Origin: Candidatus Levyibacteriota bacterium
GTDB taxonomy: Bacteria; Patescibacteriota; Microgenomatia; Levybacterales; UBA12049
DNA: 64,000 nt
Direction of reading: 5' to 3'
Assembly (NCBI GenBank): GCA_043823085.1
Contig: JBDRBE010000004.1
Location: 69,510 to 133,509, forward strand
Position numbers and translations under genes: made by a program. Every line of letters starts with the position of its first letter. Positions within the stretch are counted from its first letter, which is position 1. The notes beneath the pieces are model-generated. The model was given only the letters and a program-made list of their open reading frames with translations, was not told where the DNA came from and made no database searches. Shown here one piece after another: positions 10,563-20,961 of this stretch.

Positions 10563-11447
10563 ATGAAAGCGAATGTTATACAAAAAGAATTCCCTAATTT
10601 AAAAGTTTCTGTTTTATCAGTGGGAAAACATAAAAACAATCCTTTAAGAAATGAAGACGGATGGGTAGCAAAAGTAAATACGTTTGCAGTTATAGATGGT
10701 TCTGCTCCTCGTGTAGATTTAAGATTTGAAGGGAAAAGTAGTGCAAGATTTGCAACAGATGTGGTAAGAAAAGTTTTACTAACAACACCGCCGGATGTTA
10801 ATGGAAAAGAGTTAGTCTCAGAAATTACAACTGCTCTTAATAGAGAAATTAATAGAGAAGGCTATAGAAAGGTTATTCAAAAAAACAAAGAGGCAACTCC
10901 TGCGGCACTTTTTACAACCGCTCGAATTGTTGGAGATAAGGTTATCGTTACCGGGCTTGGGGATATTTCCTGTAGAATAAATGAGAAAGTAATTCACTCG
11001 GATCATTTCAAGTCGGAAGATTTGATGACAGAAAAAAGAATTTTGGCAATGAAAAACGCCAAAAAGAAAAATCCTTCAATTTCGGATGAAGAATTGGTTG
11101 CAATTGGCCAGAAGACAATAAAAGATGATTTAATATATCAGGTTAAAAATTACTTTAACAATTCAAATAGCGACTTAGGTCTTGGCATTATTGATGGGGA
11201 AGAAGTGCCGGAAAAATTCATAAAAGAGTACAAATATGATTTAAAAGATGTTAAAACATTGGAGTTATTTTCAGATGGCTATTATAGTTTCCCAGACTTT
11301 CCAAGTATTGATTTATGGGAAGAAAAATTTTTTCAAGGAGAAAAAGAAGATCCTTTAAGATGGAATAAATATCCGGCCGTTAAGGCAGTTCTTCCAGGTC
11401 AGTTTTCAGATGACAGAACAATTTTAATTGTTGCTTTCAATAAGTAG
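10563..11447 (+). CDS. PP2C-like phosphatase-fold protein
   Basis: NEDG, AVIDG, GLGD, FSDG, SDDRT acidic motifs. Confidence 0.7.
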   Translation: MKANVIQKEFPNLKVSVLSVGKHKNNPLRNEDGWVAKVNTFAVIDGSAPRVDLRFEGKSSARFATDVVRKVLLTTPPDVNGKELVSEITTALNREINREGYRKVIQKNKEATPAALFTTARIVGDKVIVTGLGDISCRINEKVIHSDHFKSEDLMTEKRILAMKNAKKKNPSISDEELVAIGQKTIKDDLIYQVKNYFNNSNSDLGLGIIDGEEVPEKFIKEYKYDLKDVKTLELFSDGYYSFPDFPSIDLWEEKFFQGEKEDPLRWNKYPAVKAVLPGQFSDDRTILIVAFNK

Positions 11448-11453
11448 AAAAAA

Positions 11454-13820
11454 ATGAAGATACGATCACCTAAGATTATTTTAATAATAATAATTCTTCT
11501 TTTGACTATCATGCCTTTCTTTTGGCTTAAACCCGGCGAGATGGATTTAGGTGGCGATGGAGGCAGGCTTTACTTTTATGATCCGGTAAACCAGATTAAA
11601 AATTTGGCTTTATATAATAGGTGTGCTTTTGGTATAGGAACAATTGATTCTCCTTTTTCATACCTTCCTTTTATTGGAATACTGGCAATAATAAAGACAA
11701 TTGTTACGTCTTCGTATATTCTTATTTGTTTTCATAACGCATTAAAATTAGCTGTTGGTTTTCTTGCCGTTTATGCGATCGTAAAGCAGTTTATTGGCGG
11801 ATTTAATAAAAATAATTCCCTTGGTGTGGAACTTGCCTCAATGATTGCCGGGCTTTTTTATCTTTCCACCCCTGCGATGACGGAGAATTATGTAAAAGCT
11901 ATTGCAACTCATGATCAAGTATTTCTGAATCCTCTCATGTTTTACCTTTTATTGCGGTTTGCTCTTTCAGGAAAAATGAAATATATGTGGATTGCGCTTA
12001 TTGTAGGTCTTGTTTTTTCAGTGAGCTTTAGTTATATGGGCGCACCTTCCTTTTTTGCTTTTTACCCTCTTGCATTTATTTTTATTCTTTTCTATGGCAC
12101 TTTTATTAGGCATGTTAAGTTTCCATGGAGAAAATTACTGCTTACTTTTGTTTGGTTTTTTGGGCTGCATGCTTTTCATTTAATTCCTGAAGCTTCCGAT
12201 CTATTTACTTTTGGAAGCAATAGCAATACAAGAATGTTTAATATCGAAAGTATAACATCGCAAATCGGTTACTTTTATGCAATATTGCATATTCCAAAGA
12301 CGAGTTTTTATCTTTTCTCTTATTCCTTAACAAGATTTTTGGGACAAGTTGCCTTCGTTGTCCCTTTAATAGTTGTATTGGGATTGATATTTAATAAGAA
12401 GAAAGAAAAGACGATGCTTCTTGTTTTTGTATTCTTTTTAGTGACTTTCTTTTTTGTAACTGGGAAGGTAACGGTTGTTGGCATAAAAATTTATGAATGG
12501 TTTTTTCATGTGCCCGGCTTTTCAATGTTTCGAAATTTTTATGGGCAATGGCAATTTGTATATTATTTCTTTTATTCTCTTCTTTTTGGTTTGGCATTTT
12601 ATTCTGTGATATCTAGAATAAAGTCAAGAATCTTTTTAAAATGTCTTTTTCTGTTTCTGGTTATCTTTTTTACAATAAGCTCGTGGCAATTTATTAATGG
12701 AAGTCTTGTAAATCCATTTAGAGAAGATGCAAATGGGGTGAAAGCAGCAATTATTATGGATCCAAATTATGAAAACACGCTTAAATTTATTCGTTCAATG
12801 CCTGATGATGGAAAAATACTTGTTCTTCCTTTTAGCGATTCCTATATGCAAGTAATTCATGGATTAAATAACGGAGTCTACGTGGGACACTCGACAATTG
12901 GTCAGTTGACAGGAAAAAACGATTTTGCAGGTTATCAAGGCATTTTTCCCTATAGTGATACTTTTTGGCAATTAAGTAAAGAGAAAAACTATAAAGCGAT
13001 AAAAAAAATGTTTGGAATACTAAATATCCATTATATATTTTATAATTCTGACACAAGGATTTATGATACAGCATTTCCTGGTCGGCCATACTCGCCTAAT
13101 TATGTCCGAAAATTTATGCCTCCAGATCAGGCGGGGTATAAGGAATATATCGGAAACCTCTCGAGCGAAAAAATCTTTGAAAGCGGTTTTTATAGTGTTT
13201 ATAAGTTGGAAGATAAATCTTCGCTTCCTCATTTTTACACAGCCCAAAACATTCTTTTCTATAAAGATGATCCCAAATTGACAGGTTATGGAAAAACACT
13301 TGCCTTTTTTAAGGGAAATATTCCGGAAAGACCAGTTTATATAGAAAGTCAAAATTGCAAAAAATTGTTTAAGCAAGAGTTTTGTAGGGAAGATTCTAAT
13401 TTTCCAATGACTGATAGTCCAAAAATCCAATTCGAAAAAATTAATCCAACAAAATATAAATTAACTGTATCTAATGCAAATAACCCTTATATTCTCGTAT
13501 TCTCCGAAGCGTTTCACAGTAACTGGAAGATTTATGCCGGAGTTGCAAAAGAAAAGAATACATTCTTTGGTAAAGATATTTTTGAGACATTTAGTTTAAA
13601 CTCAATATCAAACGATAGACATTTTATTGCAAATGGTTATGCAAATGGTTGGTATATTAAACCGCAGGATTTAGGAGGAAAGCAAGAGTATGAACTTATA
13701 ATAGAAATGACAGGACAAAGAATATTCTATGTGAGTTTAATTTTTTCAGGCATTATATTCATAATCTTTGTTCTTCGGGGAATAATATTTTTTGATATAA
13801 TAAAAAAACGAAAAAAATGA
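11454..13820 (+). CDS. Multi-TM GT-C-type membrane protein (YfhO/AftD-like), paralogue 1
   Basis: About 12 TM segments, first-loop GGD, PGFSMFRN, KINPTKY, NGYANGW, C-terminal TM. Confidence 0.65.
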   Translation: MKIRSPKIILIIIILLLTIMPFFWLKPGEMDLGGDGGRLYFYDPVNQIKNLALYNRCAFGIGTIDSPFSYLPFIGILAIIKTIVTSSYILICFHNALKLAVGFLAVYAIVKQFIGGFNKNNSLGVELASMIAGLFYLSTPAMTENYVKAIATHDQVFLNPLMFYLLLRFALSGKMKYMWIALIVGLVFSVSFSYMGAPSFFAFYPLAFIFILFYGTFIRHVKFPWRKLLLTFVWFFGLHAFHLIPEASDLFTFGSNSNTRMFNIESITSQIGYFYAILHIPKTSFYLFSYSLTRFLGQVAFVVPLIVVLGLIFNKKKEKTMLLVFVFFLVTFFFVTGKVTVVGIKIYEWFFHVPGFSMFRNFYGQWQFVYYFFYSLLFGLAFYSVISRIKSRIFLKCLFLFLVIFFTISSWQFINGSLVNPFREDANGVKAAIIMDPNYENTLKFIRSMPDDGKILVLPFSDSYMQVIHGLNNGVYVGHSTIGQLTGKNDFAGYQGIFPYSDTFWQLSKEKNYKAIKKMFGILNIHYIFYNSDTRIYDTAFPGRPYSPNYVRKFMPPDQAGYKEYIGNLSSEKIFESGFYSVYKLEDKSSLPHFYTAQNILFYKDDPKLTGYGKTLAFFKGNIPERPVYIESQNCKKLFKQEFCREDSNFPMTDSPKIQFEKINPTKYKLTVSNANNPYILVFSEAFHSNWKIYAGVAKEKNTFFGKDIFETFSLNSISNDRHFIANGYANGWYIKPQDLGGKQEYELIIEMTGQRIFYVSLIFSGIIFIIFVLRGIIFFDIIKKRKK

Positions 13821-14152
13821 AAATTACTATATTTTTTTTGAGGAAGTATAAATCAGTTATCATGACTTTGGTTGTGTTGGGAATTATTTCGGATATATTC
13901 TTGATTAGGTTTAAATCAGACTTAATTACGTTTGCGATTCTTGCATTGGTATTTTTTTCCTTTAAATTTTATAAAATTACGAGTAAGATGACGTTCCTTC
14001 TTGGTATTATTCCTACTGTCATTATTTTCCTTTACTTTCTTGTGGATTCAGAATCTCTTTTTGTCGAAAAGGCAGCTATTTGGCTTTTTTTACTATTAGG
14101 GTTAGGTATTATTCAGGAACTATTCATATCCAAAAAAAATGAAAAAATATAG
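13817..14152 (+). CDS. Small 3-4 TM membrane protein
   Basis: Hydrophobic, overlaps both neighbours, similar to 33899 and 36967 products. Confidence 0.7.
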   Translation: MKITIFFLRKYKSVIMTLVVLGIISDIFLIRFKSDLITFAILALVFFSFKFYKITSKMTFLLGIIPTVIIFLYFLVDSESLFVEKAAIWLFLLLGLGIIQELFISKKNEKI

Positions 14153-17100
14153 ATTTGCAATTATTTTAGCAGTTATCCTATTTTTTATTCCATTTTTTTG
14201 GTTAAAACCCGGAGAAATGAATCTGGGTGGCGATTCGGGAAGACTTTATTTTTATGATCCTGGTTCGTATCTTAATTTACGCGTACTTTATAATTATTTA
14301 GGAAGCGGTAACGGCACAGAAATAATTTACTACACGCATTTTCCTTATGTTGCTCTGTTGTTCTTCATCAAACTCATTTTACAATCACCAACAATGCTTA
14401 TTTCTTTTTTTAATGGTCTTACCTTAAGCGTTGCATTCTTTTTTGTCTATCTTTTCGTAAAAGAACTCCTGAGTACAAATGAAAATTCAATTAAATCAGG
14501 ATTCGTTGAGATGTCTTCAATTCTTGCCGGTCTTTTTTACATCCTTTCGCAAATTTCTATTTATAGCGGTTGGGAGAGGCCAATTACTACTTTCAATCAA
14601 ATGTTTCTTAATCCTTTTATGGCATTTTTACTTCTAAAGTTTATGTTAACCCAAAAAAAAGAATATCTAATTTCAGCATTACTAGCAACATTTGTTTTTT
14701 CTGTAAACTTTTCTTTAGTTGGCGCCCCGCCATTTTTTGCTTTTTATCCAATAACAGTACTTTTCCTCTTTCTTTATGCGAAGTTGGTTAGGAAGGTATC
14801 TTTTAAATGGAAATCATTTGTTGCTGGTATAATTCTTTTTCTATTTTTACATGCCTTCCATTTAGTTAATACAATAGATGGTGTTTTCTCTCTTAGCTCC
14901 TCTTATAATTTGACAGTTTTTGCTCTGCAGGGTGAAGCTTCGCGTAATGGGCTTGATTATTTTATTTCTGTGGCGAGTAATATAAAAGCAAGTAGAATTT
15001 GGATGAGTCTTGCTCAGTTTCAAATACAGGCTTACTTTGCGATATTTATTATCTTTCCGGCAGTTTTAGTTGTTTCTTTTTTCCTAAATAAGGGAAAAAC
15101 GTTACTTTTTACAGGATTATTTTTTCTTATCGTTTTGTTCTTTGCTTCTGCAATTACTCAAACTGGCTTTTTCTTCTATAGACAATTGTTTTTAATACCC
15201 GGTTTTAATATGTTTCGTAATTTTCATGGACAGTGGTCATATGTTTTCTTTTTCTTTTACGCATTACTTTTTGGGCAAGCAATCGCCATCGTTGCAAACA
15301 AATCAAGCAAAAGAATCGCCTTGGCTATTTTTACTATTTCTAGCATGGTAATTATTGGGTTTGGCACACCGCTTTTTACAGGAAGTATCTCAATTCCGAT
15401 GGACGCGGAGAAGACAGTGCGTACTAGTTTTAAAATGGATCCAGCCTACGAGCAGGTCTTACAATACTTTAAATCAAATCTAGTTGATGGAAAGGTTCTG
15501 ATGTTTCCGCTAACAGACCATGGTTATCAAATCTTCAAGGGTAAAGAAGGTGGAGTTTATAAAGGGCTTCCGACAATTTCAATTTTAGATGATAAGTCGG
15601 ATTTTGGAGGATACGAAACATTGGGTCCATTTAAAGATATTTTTTTAACTTCCATCAAAAACAATGACTATGAAACTTTTAAAAAAATGCTTTCGGCGAT
15701 GAATATCAAATGGATATTCTATAATTCCGATCCATATATTTATGGCGAACCTTTTTTATCAACGTTGTATGGTTTTGTGTCAAATTACTCACCGAAAGAC
15801 CAACAAGAATATAAGTCATTTATCGAAAAGTTACCGATTAATAAATTAATTGATTTTGGAGAAAAATATCATATCTATTCGGTTAATGACGATATATATT
15901 TCCCTCATATTTATACTTCGACAGATATAGTGTTTACTACCAACCAAATTAATTTGATGTTCGATCCTGAATTTCAAAAAGATATGTATCGGACATTACT
16001 CCCTGTGGAAAGCTCTACAAGTAAAAAAGATTCTATGATTATCTATGGTTTACAAAAATCATTCTTAACCCAAATTAAAGACAATCGTCATTTTCATACA
16101 CATAATCCTTTTATTGGTAGAGCGCTTGATGATTTATTTTATCCGCTAGTAATAGTTAGGGAAAAATTTGATCTTGCTAGACTTAGAAATAAACCCGATC
16201 AGTATCTTGATTTTTCACTCTTTTTGCTTTCGAAAAGAATTCAAGAATTGAATCGTTTTGGAATAAATATGAAAGCCGGTCAGGGTTCTTGGCAAGAACC
16301 CTCCCCGTGGGATTTAAAGAGATGGTTTTCATATAATAGTTGGAATGCAAGCCTAGTGCGTTATGAAAACGCAGTGAATGCGATTATTGATTGGATTGAT
16401 AATTCTGATATTCCAGAAGAAAAGAAAATGCTTAATAAATTAAAAGTTAATGAACAGTTTTCTAAACATGAGCTTCACCTAATAAGTGATGTATATGATT
16501 TTAATAAAGAGGATAACGAAAAAAAATACCTACTTTCTGTTGTTAACAGAATGTTTGAAAGACTTTATAAGAAAGTAAACGTTACAGTTAGCGATCCTTC
16601 TTTATGTATGTATAAATTGCCGACTTTCACCAACCGCGAGGGAGAATATACAGTTTATTTTCGCGGAAAAAACATTCCAGACATTGATCAATCTCAGATA
16701 TTTACTAGGCTCGGAGATCAAACATCAAAAACTCAATTTGCAAACATTAGGGTTGATGAGAGGAGTGAAGCCCAAGTGATTTTAAAGATACCAGTTTCAA
16801 ACATTGTAAAAGAAGAAAAATGGAGTAGTAGCGGCGTCCCAATAGAAGGTTTGAATGGTATTACCTCGTTATCTTTTAGTAATGGATTAGGAGGTTCAAT
16901 AGATGGTCTTACTCTGCAAATTCCAAACTGGATACCGGATTATGCCTATCTTATTTCTTTTGACTATAATACCAATGGCGATGATTTTATTTTTTCATTT
17001 GCTGATAAAAAATCTTCAGAGAAGGCTTTTAAAAAGGTTAATCAAAGATTATTATTCGAAAAAAGATTAAATGCAAAAAATTTTAAGACCCATCAGTCAA

Positions 17101-17795
17101 TTATTTTTGCCGAGGGAGATACTATCGGTGGTTTTTTAAGAATTGTTCCATTCTCCCCAAGAGATACAAGCGAAATAAAAATAAGAAATCTGAAAGTGCA
17201 AAAAATTGAGTATCCAGAACTTTTATTAAGAAAAATTGTTATAGAGCAAAATAAAAGCGAACCACCTCAAGTTACTTTTACAAAAATAAATCCTACAAAA
17301 TATGTTTTAAATATAAAAGGAGTAAAGAATCCCTATTCTCTTATTTTCTTGGAGCAGTATAGTGCAAATTGGAAATTATTCGATACAAGTAGCAATACTA
17401 ATTCATTTGCAGGGGAGATATCGAGATTCTTCGGGCAAATAGGAAAATTATTGATTGGGCTTTTTATAAAAGATAATTCTAAAAATACTATAGTGGCAAA
17501 CTACTTTAATGATAAAGTAAAAGAAGGGGAGTCTAAGAATATATTTATAGAACCAAGCACTTTTGAAACTTGGGGGAAAAATGCTGTTTTTGAACGTGAG
17601 CATATTTCTGTCAATGGATATGCAAATGCATGGTATATAAAACCTAATGGAATGGGTGGAAAGACAGATTATACATTAATTCTCGAGCTTAAAACGCAAA
17701 AACTGTTTTACCCGGCGCTTTTACTGTCACTGGTGACTTTCTTCTCACTCGTGCTTTATTTAATTAAAAAGCTCTTATGGCAAAAAAAACGATAG
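14139..17795 (+). CDS. Multi-TM GT-C-type membrane protein, paralogue 2, with large extracytoplasmic insert
   Basis: PFFWLKPGEM.LGGD.GRLYFYDP, PGFNMFRN, KINPTKY, NGYANAW shared with 11454. Confidence 0.65.
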   Translation: MKKYRFAIILAVILFFIPFFWLKPGEMNLGGDSGRLYFYDPGSYLNLRVLYNYLGSGNGTEIIYYTHFPYVALLFFIKLILQSPTMLISFFNGLTLSVAFFFVYLFVKELLSTNENSIKSGFVEMSSILAGLFYILSQISIYSGWERPITTFNQMFLNPFMAFLLLKFMLTQKKEYLISALLATFVFSVNFSLVGAPPFFAFYPITVLFLFLYAKLVRKVSFKWKSFVAGIILFLFLHAFHLVNTIDGVFSLSSSYNLTVFALQGEASRNGLDYFISVASNIKASRIWMSLAQFQIQAYFAIFIIFPAVLVVSFFLNKGKTLLFTGLFFLIVLFFASAITQTGFFFYRQLFLIPGFNMFRNFHGQWSYVFFFFYALLFGQAIAIVANKSSKRIALAIFTISSMVIIGFGTPLFTGSISIPMDAEKTVRTSFKMDPAYEQVLQYFKSNLVDGKVLMFPLTDHGYQIFKGKEGGVYKGLPTISILDDKSDFGGYETLGPFKDIFLTSIKNNDYETFKKMLSAMNIKWIFYNSDPYIYGEPFLSTLYGFVSNYSPKDQQEYKSFIEKLPINKLIDFGEKYHIYSVNDDIYFPHIYTSTDIVFTTNQINLMFDPEFQKDMYRTLLPVESSTSKKDSMIIYGLQKSFLTQIKDNRHFHTHNPFIGRALDDLFYPLVIVREKFDLARLRNKPDQYLDFSLFLLSKRIQELNRFGINMKAGQGSWQEPSPWDLKRWFSYNSWNASLVRYENAVNAIIDWIDNSDIPEEKKMLNKLKVNEQFSKHELHLISDVYDFNKEDNEKKYLLSVVNRMFERLYKKVNVTVSDPSLCMYKLPTFTNREGEYTVYFRGKNIPDIDQSQIFTRLGDQTSKTQFANIRVDERSEAQVILKIPVSNIVKEEKWSSSGVPIEGLNGITSLSFSNGLGGSIDGLTLQIPNWIPDYAYLISFDYNTNGDDFIFSFADKKSSEKAFKKVNQRLLFEKRLNAKNFKTHQSIIFAEGDTIGGFLRIVPFSPRDTSEIKIRNLKVQKIEYPELLLRKIVIEQNKSEPPQVTFTKINPTKYVLNIKGVKNPYSLIFLEQYSANWKLFDTSSNTNSFAGEISRFFGQIGKLLIGLFIKDNSKNTIVANYFNDKVKEGESKNIFIEPSTFETWGKNAVFEREHISVNGYANAWYIKPNGMGGKTDYTLILELKTQKLFYPALLLSLVTFFSLVLYLIKKLLWQKKR

Positions 17796-19888
17796 TAACA
17801 TTATTATTTCTGATTCCTATACTTTTTATTTTTAAAAATTGGTTTATTTTTCCTTTTCTTTCCGGGCATGATTGGCCTTATTTTTTTAAAGAGACACTTT
17901 CTGATTATTCGTTTTTTCCTCCTGCATGGTCTCCAACGTTGGGGATTGGACTTGGCGGAGAAATGACAAATTATGGCTTGGGTACATTTATTTATGCGTT
18001 AGTTTCATTATTTGTAAATTCAATTGGCTTGCCATGGGAACTGGTATATAAGATTTTTATTTTTGGGTTGTTTCTTATTCTCTCCGTTTTTTCAAGCGTT
18101 TATTTATTACGTACGGTTTTAAAGAATCCAGGTAAACTGCAATTGTTATTGTCCGTACTTATATTTAGTGCAAATACCTATATTCTTATGGTTTTAGATG
18201 GGGGGCAGATGGGAGTAGCCCTCGCTTATAGCATATCTCCGCTCGTTCTAGGAACCTTTATAAATCTTGTAAATAACTTTGTTTCCATTTCGCCTAATTT
18301 CAAATTTCATTCATTCGGCAAGCTCAGGACAAGAATTTCAAATTTCAAATTTCCAATATTGGCTAGTTTGGTTTTAACCATACAAATTATGTTTGACTTT
18401 CGGATAGCAGTTCTTACAACTGTAATAGGTCTATTTTATGCAATGTATTATTATTTTTTTATTGAACGGTTTGAGCTTGGATTATTTGTTAAACATTGTG
18501 TATTAACTGGATTTATTATTCTGGGTTTCAATATATATTGGGTTTTTCCAATTGTTGCCTTGCGTTCACTTCCGTCCCAGGAGTTGTTAAGTAGTTTGAG
18601 TTCGGTTTCTGGTTTTCAATTTTTTTCATTTGCGACATTTTCGCAAACCTTATCGCTTCTACAACCTAATTGGCCGGAAAATATTTTTGGGAAGGTATAT
18701 TTTATGAGAAGTGAGTTTATTATATTGCCTGTTTTGGCGTACTTAGGGTTATTGTTTATTAAAACCAAAGCGCTGAAAAATGCAAAACAATACGCAGAAC
18801 ACCGCAGAATTTTATTTTTTGCACTCCTGGGATTGGTGGGTGCTTTTTTGGCAAAAGGGGCAAATCCACCATTTGGAGAGATAAATACCTGGTTATTTAC
18901 GAATGTGCCATTTCTCTATTTCTTTAGAGATTCAACGAAGTTTTACTTATTAACCATGTTATCTTACAGTGTTTTGATACCATTTACAGTTTATTCTATT
19001 AAAACATGGTTAAGTTCAAAACTCCCCACTTCGCCAAGGCTTTGTGGGGCAAGCAAAACTCAAAATTATTTATTTTATCTTGTGCCAATGATTGCAATTC
19101 TTTATTTATTATTCCTGATTCGTCCTATTTTTTTAGACAAACTTAATGGGACATTTAAAAGGCATGAAATTTCAAAAGAATACCTTGAGTTAAAAGATTT
19201 TTTAAACAGCCAAAAAGATTTTTCGAGAACATTATGGATACCAAGGCAAGATCGTTACAACTTTTACTCCTGCCTTCATCCGGCAGTGTCCGGAGAGGAT
19301 CTTTTTTCGGCAACTAATTCGGCTGAGATAATAAGGAAATTAAAAATGGATCAAACTCGTGAATTGCTTTCTAATTTTTCGATAAAATATATAATTATTC
19401 CATTTGATTCATTTGGAGAGATTTTTGTAAAAGACAGAAAATATAATGAAAAAGAATATTCTTCCACGGTGAATCTTCTTAATTCAATTAATTGGCTTAA
19501 AAAAATAGAAGATTTTGGTAATATCATTGTCTATGAAACTCCAGACCACAAGGATCATTTTTGGTTAAACGGACAAGGTAAACTTTCATATACAGCTATA
19601 GGCCCGTCAGAATATGAAGTAAAGGTGTCAGCAGAAAAAGCTTCGAAAGTAATTTTTACCGAAGCCTATAATCCTTATTGGATAACAGACACCGGTAGCG
19701 ATAAATTAACAAGTAAAAAAACAGAATACAATGCAAATAGTTTTTTATTGGAAAAGGGAGGAGTTTACGAATTAAAAGTATACTTTTCAAAACAGAAATA
19801 TTATAACTTTGGAAAATTGATTACGTTGCTTTTTATCGTAGCTTTTTCGTTTACTGCGATATTTCTTAGAAAGAAAACTAATTTATGA
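17777..19888 (+). CDS. Multi-TM GT-C-type membrane protein, divergent paralogue 3
   Basis: First-loop GHDW, FFRDSTKF, FTEAYNPYW, C-terminal TM. Carries three in-frame repeat insertions. Confidence 0.6.
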   Translation: MAKKTIVTLLFLIPILFIFKNWFIFPFLSGHDWPYFFKETLSDYSFFPPAWSPTLGIGLGGEMTNYGLGTFIYALVSLFVNSIGLPWELVYKIFIFGLFLILSVFSSVYLLRTVLKNPGKLQLLLSVLIFSANTYILMVLDGGQMGVALAYSISPLVLGTFINLVNNFVSISPNFKFHSFGKLRTRISNFKFPILASLVLTIQIMFDFRIAVLTTVIGLFYAMYYYFFIERFELGLFVKHCVLTGFIILGFNIYWVFPIVALRSLPSQELLSSLSSVSGFQFFSFATFSQTLSLLQPNWPENIFGKVYFMRSEFIILPVLAYLGLLFIKTKALKNAKQYAEHRRILFFALLGLVGAFLAKGANPPFGEINTWLFTNVPFLYFFRDSTKFYLLTMLSYSVLIPFTVYSIKTWLSSKLPTSPRLCGASKTQNYLFYLVPMIAILYLLFLIRPIFLDKLNGTFKRHEISKEYLELKDFLNSQKDFSRTLWIPRQDRYNFYSCLHPAVSGEDLFSATNSAEIIRKLKMDQTRELLSNFSIKYIIIPFDSFGEIFVKDRKYNEKEYSSTVNLLNSINWLKKIEDFGNIIVYETPDHKDHFWLNGQGKLSYTAIGPSEYEVKVSAEKASKVIFTEAYNPYWITDTGSDKLTSKKTEYNANSFLLEKGGVYELKVYFSKQKYYNFGKLITLLFIVAFSFTAIFLRKKTNL
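18296..18354 (+). repeat. AATTTCA heptamer array interrupted by a 24-nt family-B element, in frame
   Basis: aatttca x2 + ttcattcggcaagctcaggacaag + aatttca x2 + aatttcc; encodes NFKFHSFGKLRTRISNFKF. Confidence 0.85.
19017..19067 (+). repeat. CAAAACT array interrupted by a family-A GC hairpin, in frame
   Basis: caaaact + ccccacttcgccaaggctttgtggggcaag + caaaact caaaatt; ccccac/gtgggg stem. Confidence 0.85.
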
Positions 19889-20835
19889 GACTTAATCCTA
19901 ATTGCTTAAGCTGCGGTTCTTCAAAAACATGCAAGACATATAAAACAAAAGATCGAATGTTTGGGGGCAATAAGATTTTTAATTATTTCGAATGCAAAAA
20001 TTGCTCTGTTTGCTTCTTGTATCCTCAGCTATCATTGAAGGAGTTTGGAAAATACTATCCGAGCTCAAAATATTATTCATATTCAAATAGTAATAAAAAA
20101 GATTTTTTTGGTACGATAAGGGCATATTTAGTGCGTAGTTATTATAAAGAGAATTTTTTTTTCAGATTATTTTCTTTCTTCGTGATAAGTGTTCCGGCAA
20201 TTCCAAGCGCGCCAATTGGAAAAATATTAGATGTAGGATGCGGAACTGGTGAAACCCTTTCTCTTTTAAAAGAAGTGGGGTGGAATGTTTACGGATTAGA
20301 TTTGGATAAAGATGCAATAAATATAGCGAAAAAACGAGGAATTACAGCTAAAATAGGCAGTTATGAAGAAATAGAATCTTTTCCTAAAGATTATTTTGAT
20401 GCAATTCGTTTATATCATGTTATAGAGCACATTGGCGATCCTTCAGTTGCACTCAAACTTATTTATTTACGCCTTAAACCCGGCGGACAGCTAATTTTGG
20501 GAGCACCAAATTACAATAGTATAGTCAGAAAAATATTTGGCTCTTTTTGGTACAATCTTGATGCTCCTAGGCATCTATTTCTTTTTTCGCCAAAAAATTT
20601 AATAGCACTTGGAAAAAAAAACGGATTCATAGATCCTCATGTTGATTATTTTGCAGCTGGCGGCATTTTGGGAAGCATACAATATATAATAAATGAAAAA
20701 TTTAATAAAAAGGTTGATTTGTTGTCGAATATTTTTTTAGTTTTGCTTTTTTTTATTCCAGAATTGTTGACAAATAAACTGTCGGCAGGGGATATTTTTA
20801 CTCTAAGAATGTACAAAAAAAAGTATAGAGTGTGA
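19885..20835 (+). CDS. Class I SAM methyltransferase with N-terminal Zn motif
   Basis: CLSC...CKNC, ILDVGCGTG, HVIEH, PRHLFLFS. Confidence 0.88.
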   Translation: MRLNPNCLSCGSSKTCKTYKTKDRMFGGNKIFNYFECKNCSVCFLYPQLSLKEFGKYYPSSKYYSYSNSNKKDFFGTIRAYLVRSYYKENFFFRLFSFFVISVPAIPSAPIGKILDVGCGTGETLSLLKEVGWNVYGLDLDKDAINIAKKRGITAKIGSYEEIESFPKDYFDAIRLYHVIEHIGDPSVALKLIYLRLKPGGQLILGAPNYNSIVRKIFGSFWYNLDAPRHLFLFSPKNLIALGKKNGFIDPHVDYFAAGGILGSIQYIINEKFNKKVDLLSNIFLVLLFFIPELLTNKLSAGDIFTLRMYKKKYRV

Positions 20836-20961
20836 CATAATCATCGCAATTTCCTTGTTTTATGCAGAATAAGATTGTAGAAAAAAATATGACAACGAAG
20901 CTTTACTTACTTTAAATCTTAAGAAGATTTTGTATGAAAATTAGAATCTGGTTTATAATCT

